Shown: positions 17,499 to 27,756, numbered from the stretch's first letter. The stretch is DNA of 53,579 bases from a virus (IMGVR_UViG_3300032266_000862:1-53579); one strand, 5' to 3'. The notes: generated by a model not told the origin, from the sequence alone. Numbers and translations: made by a program.

Positions 17499-20264
17499 TT
17501 ATTCAAATTTAATCTCATTTAACATGGTATTCGCAGGAATATATTGAGATATATTGGCTTTGATATAATCCGAAACCAAAGTTTTTAGATCTTCGTTATC
17601 TGTGAAATTTTTAATAACCACATTGAAATAATTTGATTTAAATCCTTTGTATCTATTAATGTGAAATGTGTCAATTTCTTCCAGCATAGTAATCTTGGGG
17701 GATTTTATATGCATAGTAATAGGACTCCACTTATCGTAATGTTTATTCAATGCCAGATTCAAGACTTCGAAATCATTTAGAACTTTATTATAAAGGCGAA
17801 TGTCAGAAATTTCTCCCCGGAAAAACCCTTTATTCGTAATAGATTTTTCTAAATTTTTTGCCCCAAGTTTACCACTATGTCCTCCAATAATAAAAGGAGA
17901 CGAATTGTAACCATAATCAATACGATAATTCCCTGAAAAACTTTCAGTCTTTTCCAGTTTTCCATTTACGTAAAAATCAACAATCGTATAATCTTTCTTT
18001 GCTTGTATAGAAAATGCCAAATGGGTCCAAGTTCTGAGATATTTAGGAGATGTGTGCAAAGACACTATTTTTTTATTGTCTCCACATTTCAGACCTATCC
18101 TTAAAGTCAAGGTTGGATTTGTCGGAGATATTGTTTTTCCGTCAAATCTTTCAAATTTTCGTTTATTGTCAAATCCAGTAAAATCTCCTTTTATATTCAG
18201 TTGAAAATCTTTGCATTGATTTCCTACAAACAATCTTGATATATCAATTCTTTTGACAATTTTTCCGTCCAGATTTAGAACTGCTGCATATTTTTGTTCA
18301 TTATAAATGATCCACAAATTGACTTCATCCAAATTATTTTTGTTAGTTTTTACAAAACACATTTCCGCAGTTTTTACTGTGAATGGAATTTCCAAAATTT
18401 TATCAAATATCATTTTTCCGGTTGGATCGGTTTTAATTATCCTATTTTCAAACAATATCCAAATATTATCATCCAGATCCAGTCTAACTGTATGAGGTCT
18501 ATCAGTTAAATATAGAACTTTTTTACCATCAATAATGAGAGTAGGTCCATACATTTTAACAATCTTATCCTGTCCATTACCAATTAAAAATTCTGCATTA
18601 TCATATACTACAGTGTTATCACTTAATATATCAAAGTTATTAGGATAACTGTTCAAATTGATTGTTGATAAATATGAACCCGCAGAATTGAACGAGGATA
18701 TTTGATGAGAATAGGTGTCCAATACAAAAATATTATTATTGGAATCACATTCCATCTTTGTAATTTTAGAATTTACAGGCAATGCCACGGTATGAATTAC
18801 CAAATCGTCATTTTCAATCTTATATAGATTTTTATTAAAATCATCATATAACCATCGATTGCCAAAAAAATCAGTTTTGATATACTCTATACGAATATCA
18901 CTTAATCCAATATCATCTTTAAGATCTTTCTCAAATACTTTAAATCCTCGATCATTTATTGCAAATAAATTTTCAGAAATAGTTGGTATAGATATGAGAT
19001 GATTAGAAGTTCCGTTATTGAAGGCAATTCCATATCCAGTTTCGTTATAATAATTACCGAATAATTGTGTATCATTACTGGACGACCAATCAGACGAATT
19101 TGCCCATAATGATACTGTGATATTATTTGAAATAGATATAATATCATCTGGTGGTATATGTGCATGAACAGTTCCGTCCAGTATTAAGGTGTCACTTGAT
19201 TTGGGGTAATTTCCTATTACAAAACCAGAAATCCCATTTACTGTCGATTCGAAATTTTCTCCCCATTGGTTAAAATTGATTACTAAATTGGATGATATGT
19301 TATTTACGAAAGTTTCGTTTCTTGCGGGTCCATAACGAAGATATGTCAATTTCTCTTTCTCTGAAAATATTTTCAGAGAAGGAATGTCTCTGATATAAGA
19401 AAAAAAAGACGATAATGTATTTTTTTGGGTTATAAATACATCCTTTTGTGTCGTAGTATTAGGATCATACCACCGTTCCATCCAGATTTTGTTGGATCGG
19501 GAATCTGGAGTTTCTGAAGATAACCATAGACATAACATTGAGCCGTTATTAGGCGCATTAACATTCTGTGTCCCTGAATTGTTGTATCGGGAATATTCTG
19601 ATTGGTCAAATAATATAACGTCAGAATTTAACGGACAATTTCCGCCAATTGCCCCGTTTTCAATGAATTTATAGTCTTTAATATATGAACTTAAGACACC
19701 ATAAGAGTTGAACAGTAATGTATATTCGTCAGGATTTATTGTTACGGGAATTTTGTCCACAGTAAATTGGGAATATACTACATTATCCAATTCGTAAGTT
19801 TTTTGATAATTTTTATAATTATCAGTTATAGAATAACAACTGTCATTTAAAGAAGTTTTAGTCTTTAAAGGAAGAATATTAAAGTTAAAATTTTTATCAA
19901 CAATTCCTAAATATTGTGAAGTATCAGGAAATGCACTTATAGCAGAAAAATCGTTTTTTATGTCATCGTATATCAAATCATATTCACACATGTTTGATCC
20001 GAAATATGATCCTCCGTAATTTTTAAAGGTGTTGATGTAAGACGATAAAGATGAATAGTCTGTAACAAACGTAAAATAATCTTCTTGAAAATTGAAACTT
20101 TTGATATATTCCGTAAACAACGGATAGAAAAGACTGATGGATGGTGTGATATAACTTCCAGTGGAATAAGACACCTCGCGCAATTCATTGATAAACTTTA
20201 GTTCCTGAGAACCAAAGGAAGATCGTAATGAACTGATTGATGTGGAAGATAGTGAAAAACTCAT
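17499..20264 (-). CDS. Virion structural protein with split LamG/concanavalin-like domain and beta-propeller-like repeats (921 aa)
   Basis: ITVSLWANSSDW...WTHLAFS..FYVNGKL..FIIGG..FRGEISDIRLYNKVL LamG pattern; DSNNNIFVLD / DLDDNIWIL repeats; TAAATA-N7-ATG. Confidence 0.7.
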   Translation of the reverse strand: MSFSLSSTSISSLRSSFGSQELKFINELREVSYSTGSYITPSISLFYPLFTEYIKSFNFQEDYFTFVTDYSSLSSYINTFKNYGGSYFGSNMCEYDLIYDDIKNDFSAISAFPDTSQYLGIVDKNFNFNILPLKTKTSLNDSCYSITDNYKNYQKTYELDNVVYSQFTVDKIPVTINPDEYTLLFNSYGVLSSYIKDYKFIENGAIGGNCPLNSDVILFDQSEYSRYNNSGTQNVNAPNNGSMLCLWLSSETPDSRSNKIWMERWYDPNTTTQKDVFITQKNTLSSFFSYIRDIPSLKIFSEKEKLTYLRYGPARNETFVNNISSNLVINFNQWGENFESTVNGISGFVIGNYPKSSDTLILDGTVHAHIPPDDIISISNNITVSLWANSSDWSSSNDTQLFGNYYNETGYGIAFNNGTSNHLISIPTISENLFAINDRGFKVFEKDLKDDIGLSDIRIEYIKTDFFGNRWLYDDFNKNLYKIENDDLVIHTVALPVNSKITKMECDSNNNIFVLDTYSHQISSFNSAGSYLSTINLNSYPNNFDILSDNTVVYDNAEFLIGNGQDKIVKMYGPTLIIDGKKVLYLTDRPHTVRLDLDDNIWILFENRIIKTDPTGKMIFDKILEIPFTVKTAEMCFVKTNKNNLDEVNLWIIYNEQKYAAVLNLDGKIVKRIDISRLFVGNQCKDFQLNIKGDFTGFDNKRKFERFDGKTISPTNPTLTLRIGLKCGDNKKIVSLHTSPKYLRTWTHLAFSIQAKKDYTIVDFYVNGKLEKTESFSGNYRIDYGYNSSPFIIGGHSGKLGAKNLEKSITNKGFFRGEISDIRLYNKVLNDFEVLNLALNKHYDKWSPITMHIKSPKITMLEEIDTFHINRYKGFKSNYFNVVIKNFTDNEDLKTLVSDYIKANISQYIPANTMLNEIKFE

Positions 20265-20274
20265 CTGTATGTAT

Positions 20275-21162
20275 TTATTCTACAGACAGTATTGAAAAAG
20301 AATCATCCATCGCTAGATTGTTCGTTATATTATCCAGCACAAATCCCTCAAGAGCAAGAATTTCAGAAGAAATTATCTTGCTTCCTAAGCTGAGTATATT
20401 ATAGGAATCATCAAATGTCAAGAAGTTAAAATTATCGTCCAGACAAAATGCTTCTGCTTCTTCCCCATTAACAGATTTATCCAAGAAGGTGTAATAATTT
20501 CCTATTTTGACCAATAAAGAGTTTGTTGTAGCATCTGCAATTTCTAAAATATCGGTTCCATCATATTCATAGGTTTCGTAGTTCTGTAAAATAATTTTAC
20601 CACTATAATATTTTAATGTTATTTTATGAATAAATCTGATTCCTGCAAATTCTGTTTGAAAACCTATAAATATCAACGAATCTGAAAATCTTATAATTGG
20701 ATGAGTGTTTGATGCAAATGTTGGTATAAAGGTTCCTTGTTTAAATAAGCTATTGAATTGTGTGACATCCGTGGGTTTCGGAAAAATAGGAGCTACAGAA
20801 TGTTTATTAATATCATACGAATATATTACTGGAATTATATTTCCAGATCGCATTACCTTCGTGCCTATCAACAAAACCTTTTTTAATTTTTTATCCAGAT
20901 ATGATCCTAAAAATCCGTTGCCGTTAGATTTTGAAGAATTGGGGAATCCGGTGTTTCCAAAATTTACTGATATATGATTCTTTATACGATTTATAGTCTC
21001 TTTAGAATAATCAAATTCCAATTTTTCGATCAATATGATATTATTATATTCGGAATTATTTTTTATCTTTAAATTGAAAAAATAAGAATCAAAAAATACT
21101 TCCATATTCTGAATACCTTGATTCGAATAAGATTTGTTTAATATATCAGATAACGTATTCAC
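20275..21162 (-). CDS. Hypothetical late/structural protein (GTG start)
   Basis: TAAATA-N6-GTG; structural-gene context. Confidence 0.6.
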   Translation of the reverse strand: MNTLSDILNKSYSNQGIQNMEVFFDSYFFNLKIKNNSEYNNIILIEKLEFDYSKETINRIKNHISVNFGNTGFPNSSKSNGNGFLGSYLDKKLKKVLLIGTKVMRSGNIIPVIYSYDINKHSVAPIFPKPTDVTQFNSLFKQGTFIPTFASNTHPIIRFSDSLIFIGFQTEFAGIRFIHKITLKYYSGKIILQNYETYEYDGTDILEIADATTNSLLVKIGNYYTFLDKSVNGEEAEAFCLDDNFNFLTFDDSYNILSLGSKIISSEILALEGFVLDNITNNLAMDDSFSILSVE

Positions 21163-21186
21163 TTAAATTATTTAATCGGAAAATAA

Positions 21187-23082
21187 TTAATAATTGACTT
21201 GATATGAGATGGTGCTGGTTTCTGTGTTGCTAGTGGAAACAAGTCCGAAACCTATTCCAGAAGAAACTGAATAGGTTAAGGTTCCAATGCTTCCTGATGC
21301 TGTTTTACGAGCAGGAATGACTATTGAATTTGTCAATATTCGGGTGTCAATGACGGTTGCACTTCCTGCGACCAAAGCAGTATTGCCAAACGAGGTAGCT
21401 ACTGCTCCCAGCTCTTTTCTTGCAGGAATATTAGTTAAATTATTGACTGCATTGGCAATATATTGGGCAAAAATGCCAAGTCCGGTGAAAGTTAAATGGA
21501 CAGTATCTGCAAAATATGTAGTATCTGCTGGATTTTGAAATCTTGGATCGGCTGCAATATCGACTAAAAGGTCCGAAAACGAATTAGCACCGTTACGAAC
21601 CAGTGCATTAAAAGTTAGTCGCATAGCTTCGAATCCTGCCGGAGTTCCTCCACCAGTCCGAGGCATTATCGTAGTTGTAATGACTTGATATCCTGCGGCA
21701 CGACGAGCAAGACAATAATTTTGATAATCAGAATAAATGCTAGCGGCAGTTGCCCCTACGTAAGGAGCATTGTTTCCAGTTGCCAAGAAAATACTGTTTG
21801 TTGGGGCTTCTGCAACAACAATTTTATATGCTGCTGTTCTATTAATCTTAGCATCAATTTGGGTAGATGCATCAGAAACCATGTCCGCCAATGATTGTCC
21901 CCCAACCCCAAGATTGTGGACAGTCCAGTTTCCTGTAAGCAATGGCAATATCTGACTAGGCCAATCCGAATCTGGAGTAGCCAAGGTTCCTTGAGTAATG
22001 GATGATCCATCACATATAAGTTGAGATGTTTTCACATAATTGGAATTTAACCAATTCATGACGGCAGAATCGTTTGATGGTGAAAGAACCCCAGAAAACT
22101 CGATATGTTCTTTAACGGCAGTTTGACAATAATTAGCTCCTGATGAATAACTTCCTAGAAAACGCATAGTTGCGGGTGCACAATTAAGATATCCAGAGGC
22201 AGTAGCTAACGGATCTGAGTTAATCGATAAACTGCTGGAAAGTCCATTTACGACACATTTAATGACAAACCATTCCCCGGCGGTTCGAACCGTATTCGGT
22301 AAAGCAATAGCAGGATTAATATAATCAGATAATATCCACGAACCCGGCACTCCTGTTGTCTGCTGAGTTAATAAAGGCGCATCACCATAAACCGACCAAG
22401 GACACATAGCAGCAGCAGTTGGAAATCCGGTTTTTACTACAGTGTAAAATGTAGCTGGGTAACTTCTTGGTATAGAAGCCTGAAAAGCAGTTGATCCTGA
22501 AAAATCTGCATATGCTGAAGAATCCGGTCCCTCTCTTCTAATGATGGGTTGAAGTAGTGGAGTAGCCGATGAGGCAGTTACACTAGTTCCGGTAGTTCCA
22601 GAGTTAGGCCATGCTCCTGCCCTTCCCGCATTAGGATAGACCAATGAATCGCTGCGGAACCACACGTCTGCTGCGGACAAAATTGAAGGGTATGCTACAC
22701 GTAAAGGAGACACAGGAATATTTCCCGCACTGAGAATTCGTCCTTTCGCATCAACATTAAAAATAGGATATGTAGTCGATGATCCATAGGTTCCCGCACT
22801 AACTCCAGTAGAAGATAATGTTCCAACGGCAGTAACATTAGCAGATCCATTAAAGGCGGGAGTAGTCCAATTAACATCACCGGTCATACCAATAGTTCTT
22901 CCAGAATTTGTAAATCCAGATAATGATTGATATAATGGTAAACTATTTTGAAATTTTAAAACGTCAGTCCTTGCAAATCCTGCGGCCCCTGATAAACTAT
23001 TGTTTAATCTCAAAAGAAGTTGCGAAGCAGTGGAAACGTTGGATACAGTTTGTAGATCAGAAAAATTAACCAATTGGGACAT
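21187..23082 (-). CDS. Tail fibre/spike with SGNH (GDSL-like) esterase domain
   Basis: GVSAGTYG..FNVDAKGRI fibre motif; SGNH blocks DGSSIT, NLGVGG, TNS, DTVHL; TAAGTA-N6-ATG at 23082. Confidence 0.75.
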   Translation of the reverse strand: MSQLVNFSDLQTVSNVSTASQLLLRLNNSLSGAAGFARTDVLKFQNSLPLYQSLSGFTNSGRTIGMTGDVNWTTPAFNGSANVTAVGTLSSTGVSAGTYGSSTTYPIFNVDAKGRILSAGNIPVSPLRVAYPSILSAADVWFRSDSLVYPNAGRAGAWPNSGTTGTSVTASSATPLLQPIIRREGPDSSAYADFSGSTAFQASIPRSYPATFYTVVKTGFPTAAAMCPWSVYGDAPLLTQQTTGVPGSWILSDYINPAIALPNTVRTAGEWFVIKCVVNGLSSSLSINSDPLATASGYLNCAPATMRFLGSYSSGANYCQTAVKEHIEFSGVLSPSNDSAVMNWLNSNYVKTSQLICDGSSITQGTLATPDSDWPSQILPLLTGNWTVHNLGVGGQSLADMVSDASTQIDAKINRTAAYKIVVAEAPTNSIFLATGNNAPYVGATAASIYSDYQNYCLARRAAGYQVITTTIMPRTGGGTPAGFEAMRLTFNALVRNGANSFSDLLVDIAADPRFQNPADTTYFADTVHLTFTGLGIFAQYIANAVNNLTNIPARKELGAVATSFGNTALVAGSATVIDTRILTNSIVIPARKTASGSIGTLTYSVSSGIGFGLVSTSNTETSTISYQVNY

Positions 23083-23152
23083 AAACAATACTTATCATAA
23101 ATAATTTTGAAAACAATTTAAAATATTACGATTTTCGGACATAAATAATTTC

Positions 23153-23341
23153 ATGAAAATTCTTTCTTCAATTCTCTCTTTCGTATCTTTAATTAAAGAA
23201 CTAGTTATTGTCATTGCTGCAAAAATGCGACAAGTTCAAAGAAAAAAAGAAATCAGAAAAGTTGAAGAGTTCAAAAAAGAAATCGTGAATGAAGTAGAAA
23301 AAGGGGAAATTGATAAAATTAACGAAAAATTGAAATTTTAG
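23153..23341 (+). CDS. Small membrane-anchored coiled-coil protein (i-spanin-like)
   Basis: Hydrophobic N-terminus followed by a charged helix; TAAATA-N5-ATG. Confidence 0.45.
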   Translation: MKILSSILSFVSLIKELVIVIAAKMRQVQRKKEIRKVEEFKKEIVNEVEKGEIDKINEKLKF

Positions 23342-23358
23342 GTTGCATTCTTGAAAAG

Positions 23359-24387
23359 ATGGGAGGAGCAATTTTTAAAGAAAGTCGTAGAATCACCACG
23401 AAAGAATTGGAAGATTTGATTGTGGATGTTTCAGGTAAACTTAATTCATTAGGAATTGAAAATAAAGCCTTGGAATATTTCAAGACTAAAGAAGATCACG
23501 GCGATTTAGATCTTGTCTGTAAAGGTGATGTAATTTCTGATAAATCTCTGATTGATCTTTTTGGGGAAATCCCAATTTCCCGAAATGGAAAGACTGTTTC
23601 TTTTTTATATGATAATGTCCAAATTGATCTGAATTTTCATAAACCTGAAGATTTCCGATCTGCATTTGACTTCTACCGATTAGGGGATGTCGGACAAATC
23701 GTCGGACGTATTGCCCATGCATTGGGTCTGAAATATGGCCATTTCGGACTCAGTTTTCCTGTTAAATTGAGCGATTGTGAAGAAGTTGGTGAAATCAACA
23801 TTTCCCAAAATACTCAGAAGATCATGAAATTTTTTGATCTGGATTATAATCAATGGCTGGAAGGCTTTAATGATCAAGTCGATATGTTCGAATGGGTTAT
23901 CAAATCAAAGTATTTTAATCCGAGTATGTTTGCATTTGAAAACTTAAACAATATTAACAAGGTTCGAAATAAAAAACGTCCCATGTATGCGGCATTGGTG
24001 AAATATCTGGAAGATCTAAAGACTGATCGGGAATATCTGCCAGTGCCTAAAAATAAAACGGAATATCTTTGGAAGGCATTAATACATTTTAGTCAAATGT
24101 ATAGGCTGGATGATATTCGGCAAATGCTTTGTAATTATTCCGATGCAAAAGAAGCTAATGCAATTTTTAACGGAAACGATGTTAAAGAACTTTTAGGTAT
24201 TGAAGGCAAAGAATTAGGTAAAGTCTATAAACAATTTGAAAATTATTGTTTATCTAATATGACCGATTATAGATATGAAATTACCGATACTCCGGCTAGA
24301 AAGTGGCAATGGTTTAGATTAAATCGTGATAAATCTTCGATGTATACATTATTTAGAGGATGGTATGAAACAACTAAGAATTGTTGA
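23359..24387 (+). CDS. Pol-beta-superfamily nucleotidyltransferase-like protein
   Basis: KEDHGDLDLV and VQIDL motifs; no late box. Confidence 0.65.
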   Translation: MGGAIFKESRRITTKELEDLIVDVSGKLNSLGIENKALEYFKTKEDHGDLDLVCKGDVISDKSLIDLFGEIPISRNGKTVSFLYDNVQIDLNFHKPEDFRSAFDFYRLGDVGQIVGRIAHALGLKYGHFGLSFPVKLSDCEEVGEINISQNTQKIMKFFDLDYNQWLEGFNDQVDMFEWVIKSKYFNPSMFAFENLNNINKVRNKKRPMYAALVKYLEDLKTDREYLPVPKNKTEYLWKALIHFSQMYRLDDIRQMLCNYSDAKEANAIFNGNDVKELLGIEGKELGKVYKQFENYCLSNMTDYRYEITDTPARKWQWFRLNRDKSSMYTLFRGWYETTKNC

Positions 24388-25609
24388 ATACTTCCGGGAC
24401 CTGTAATGCATAGTTGGTAAAACTAAAAACTTGTTTTCCGTATATATCGTAAACTAATCCGTATCCTAAATCTGGATATTGAGAGGTTGTTGACACGATC
24501 AGTCCGTTAAGGTAAGGATATTGTTGCACGGTCCAACTAATGTATTCAGGGCTTCCTTCTTCATAGGGATTTTCTACACGGCTTTCTCTGTTGGAGTCTT
24601 CGGTAAGTTTTCCGTATCCACAAGAGTTTACTGCAATAATATCTATAAATCCATTGGCGCTGGGAGGAGGTAGTGTAAATGTTAAAACGTTGCTGGATTT
24701 TCGGAATTCAGGAACTTCGTATGCAAAAAACGAAGGAAGATCCGCCAAAGGCTTATGCTCTGTCAATGGATATATAAAAGGGTTTGATCCGCTGACATAT
24801 ATTCCAGTAACCCTATTCATAGCCCCATAACCCGTCACATTAATTTCTGGACGCGTATGTGCATTAATATCATAAGGAGCTACATACCTCAATATTGGTC
24901 TTCCTGTGATGGCATATGAATCCGTCTGGTTGGTTGCGGTATATTCCAAAAGTGCATCATAATTGCAGTAAAATTTATCTGACAGCACATAATCCGTGTT
25001 AATTTTACAAATAGGAATAGAATTTTCTATTTCTGTTTTATACATATAACCTTTAATAGTAAATCCAGCAGTTGCTGTAATTCTAAAAGGAAACTCTTTG
25101 GAAGTTTGATCTTTTCCGGGATATGTATACACCACATTCCCATCCCATAAAATTTCTGTGCGAACTTCTCTACCACTTTTAGGTTCTTGCCAAGATACAA
25201 CAATATAAGGATTGGATTGAACTACAAAATTCTGCACAATCTGGTCCATATCTTCTTGGTATTTGGCCAAGATTGTCATTTCTACAGATATATTCCAAGG
25301 AATGGCCTTTAGGTTGGTGTATGTGCCATCAGGTTTTTGATATCGAATATCGTCGTATTTATTTCTAATACGTTCATTATCCCTTCCCTGACTCTTAACT
25401 TCTACGGCCATAATAGGAAGTCTTACAGTATCTGTCAACCCTATAATATCTGCCAGAATATGACTTTTCGGACCATAAACAAATGGAACTTTAATAACTT
25501 CTTTTTCGAATTTCTTTCCATCGAACCGTTTAATTTTAACTTCATTAAATGCTGCGGCAAAATGAGTTAATAGTGTTCTGATTTCAAAATTGAAATTGTA
25601 ATCCTGCAT
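24374..25609 (-). CDS. Tail terminator/sheath stabiliser, gp15-like, with C-terminal Ig-like extension
   Basis: FAAAFNEVKIKR..IKVPFVYGPK..VRLPIMAV..IPWNISVEM.ILAKYQEDMDQIVQ; TAAATA-N5-ATG. Confidence 0.85.
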   Translation of the reverse strand: MQDYNFNFEIRTLLTHFAAAFNEVKIKRFDGKKFEKEVIKVPFVYGPKSHILADIIGLTDTVRLPIMAVEVKSQGRDNERIRNKYDDIRYQKPDGTYTNLKAIPWNISVEMTILAKYQEDMDQIVQNFVVQSNPYIVVSWQEPKSGREVRTEILWDGNVVYTYPGKDQTSKEFPFRITATAGFTIKGYMYKTEIENSIPICKINTDYVLSDKFYCNYDALLEYTATNQTDSYAITGRPILRYVAPYDINAHTRPEINVTGYGAMNRVTGIYVSGSNPFIYPLTEHKPLADLPSFFAYEVPEFRKSSNVLTFTLPPPSANGFIDIIAVNSCGYGKLTEDSNRESRVENPYEEGSPEYISWTVQQYPYLNGLIVSTTSQYPDLGYGLVYDIYGKQVFSFTNYALQVPEVFNNS

Positions 25610-25614
25610 TTATG

Positions 25615-25628
25615 TATTTAGATAAATA
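25615..25628. promoter_or_regulatory. Back-to-back late boxes tattta-ga-taaata
   Basis: Serve ATG 25609 (-, 5 nt) and ATG 25635 (+, 6 nt). Confidence 0.75.
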
Positions 25629-25634
25629 GAATAC

Positions 25635-26978
25635 ATGCGGTTTTCGGAATTTTTCAATCAAGTTATTTTAAAAGAAGCAACTTTTAGAAAATCTAAATAC
25701 GTGGAACATCTGGCAGACTTCCCGATGTTTTCCGTGTTTGTTTCTAAGAATATTTTAGAAAAACCAAACACTCCTTATAATATGGAGTTTTTCAAGGACA
25801 TAAAAGATGAAATTGCCGAAACTTGTGCAGATGCTAGAAATCAGATAACAAAGATTGGATTTCCTACAATGCATGTAAATGTGGTAATCGGAGATTTAGC
25901 GGTTGAGGATAATAACCCAAGTGCCGCAGGATTGGCATTTGGTAACAGACAGAAAGGATATAATAAAGGTTATAATAAACCCGGACATCACTGGAAAAAT
26001 AATACGCGCAGAAAATATATGAAAATAGATTTAAAGGCTCTATTAAGATTCAACGATTTTACTACCAGTGTATTAGTTCATGAATGGGCACATGTATGGA
26101 TGTTCAACAATTCAAAACAGTTTAAAAATACGGTAGAGAAACTTTACACCCACTTGTTGAATAAAAGTAGAAATAATTTAAATTATCAAGAACCTAAGCA
26201 GCGTGTGTTTGGTGACAATCTATTGAATAGTAAAGATGATGATGATTTATTTAGTTTCATAATTACAAGTGCAGCAAAAATTTTCAAAGATAATTATCAA
26301 TGGACTATAGTGAGTCTTCAAACACCTGATGACACGGACTTTAAATTTGGAGAAAAGGAAATTCAAAAGTATGTTGAAAAAGATTTTCGAAAATTGGTAA
26401 CTAATTGTGTCAAATTCTATAATGACCGTTCTAAAAATTATAAGATTTCTATTCAAGAACATGGAACGCAGTTATCTGACCTTGCCAAAGATCTATATGA
26501 AACAGTTGGTGCGGAATTATTAAAAGCGATTGATAAGTCTATAACAAACGATAGGTTTGATTTCGATCCCGAGTATCATGAAAATCCACCAGATGACATC
26601 TTAGAATATATTTTACAAAACGCAACTAAAACAAATGAGAAATTCCGAACTAAAGGAAAATCTTATAATGATTTATACACTAACGTTGAGGACGTTGATG
26701 GTAATTTGGTTATAATTGATAAAATATTTGATACTCTGTGGGATATATCTAGAAAAGAGAAGGAGAAGGAGAATAGATATGAGCTTGATACGATTTCGAG
26801 CTTAACTGGAGAAAGATGGGATACTGTCAGGGATCAGGTAGCTAAATTAGTTAAATGGAGTCGCGCATACGGCATGACCAATGATGATGAATTATGGGCA
26901 ACAGGAATTGAAGAATTTTTCAAACTTCCACTAGAACATCGTAAATCCATTATAAAATTGATGGAACAAAATCGTTAA
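25635..26978 (+). CDS. Putative zinc metallopeptidase (HExxH) with MRFSEFF leader, candidate head-packaged effector
   Basis: VLVHEWAHVW plus distal YGMTNDDELWATGIE (zincin third-ligand pattern); leader MRFSEFFNQVILKE. Confidence 0.7.
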   Translation: MRFSEFFNQVILKEATFRKSKYVEHLADFPMFSVFVSKNILEKPNTPYNMEFFKDIKDEIAETCADARNQITKIGFPTMHVNVVIGDLAVEDNNPSAAGLAFGNRQKGYNKGYNKPGHHWKNNTRRKYMKIDLKALLRFNDFTTSVLVHEWAHVWMFNNSKQFKNTVEKLYTHLLNKSRNNLNYQEPKQRVFGDNLLNSKDDDDLFSFIITSAAKIFKDNYQWTIVSLQTPDDTDFKFGEKEIQKYVEKDFRKLVTNCVKFYNDRSKNYKISIQEHGTQLSDLAKDLYETVGAELLKAIDKSITNDRFDFDPEYHENPPDDILEYILQNATKTNEKFRTKGKSYNDLYTNVEDVDGNLVIIDKIFDTLWDISRKEKEKENRYELDTISSLTGERWDTVRDQVAKLVKWSRAYGMTNDDELWATGIEEFFKLPLEHRKSIIKLMEQNR

Positions 26979-26986
26979 ATATTCAT

Positions 26987-27754
26987 ATGTCATATAATGT
27001 TCCATTCAATTTTAATCCCAAACCTCCTGTAGTTAATTTTGATCCGAACAATCGTTCCAATGCATCTTTAGCATCTCCTGAACAAACCAATCCTTATGTT
27101 CCGACTTGTATGGATAATATGTCATACATCAAGGATAATTATCGGGGAATGACAGAAGCATATGCCAACAATTATGGAATGAACATATCATACTGGACAA
27201 CCGGATATAGCTTGGCAAACCATAATCCTTTGTATGGAGAAGATCCTACGGCAAAATACAGAGGTCCCCGAACATTAAAAGCAATTGTAGACTTGCAATC
27301 TTATTCTTCGTTTTTAACAAAATTCGGAATTATGAGTGATCTGGATATGGTGATTTATATTCCGATCAAATCATTTCAGGAAGTTTGGGGAAATGTATTT
27401 CCTTTGGCAGGCGATTTATTTCTTATCGATGATTCTGCATGTGATAGACCTATGGGACAATCTCCGATGGTTTTTGAAGTTACAGAAAAACAAGATAGTA
27501 TTAATCCTGTTGATTTTATGGCAGGACACTATGTTTGGAAGCTTTCCGGGAAAAGATATGACAACTCTTACGAACCAAATGCGCCTCAAGAGAAATTCAT
27601 TGGAGGTCCGGTTGATCAGAAAGATTATGGAAAAATTTCATCGGATATTGAAGGAACCAATATTATTGATGGAGAACCATCACATGATGTTGATCAGGAT
27701 GCCAGAAATGATTTTGATAATGTTAGTGATTCGATTTATGGGAAGTATATGTAG
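26987..27754 (+). CDS. Neck protein, gp14-like
   Basis: LYGEDPTAKY, LTKFGIMS, PLAGDLF, FEVTE..YVWKLSGKRY; TAAATA-N5-ATG. Confidence 0.8.
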   Translation: MSYNVPFNFNPKPPVVNFDPNNRSNASLASPEQTNPYVPTCMDNMSYIKDNYRGMTEAYANNYGMNISYWTTGYSLANHNPLYGEDPTAKYRGPRTLKAIVDLQSYSSFLTKFGIMSDLDMVIYIPIKSFQEVWGNVFPLAGDLFLIDDSACDRPMGQSPMVFEVTEKQDSINPVDFMAGHYVWKLSGKRYDNSYEPNAPQEKFIGGPVDQKDYGKISSDIEGTNIIDGEPSHDVDQDARNDFDNVSDSIYGKYM

Positions 27755-27756
27755 AA

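Noticed and set aside
17474-17518. ORF-track N-terminal extension of the portal (likewise gp21, gp19, gp16, HAD, endonuclease)
   Set aside because: The extensions overlap neighbouring genes or promoters. For portal, gp21, gp19 and gp16 a downstream ATG fits TAAATA-N5; for the HAD and endonuclease genes it fits the domain start.
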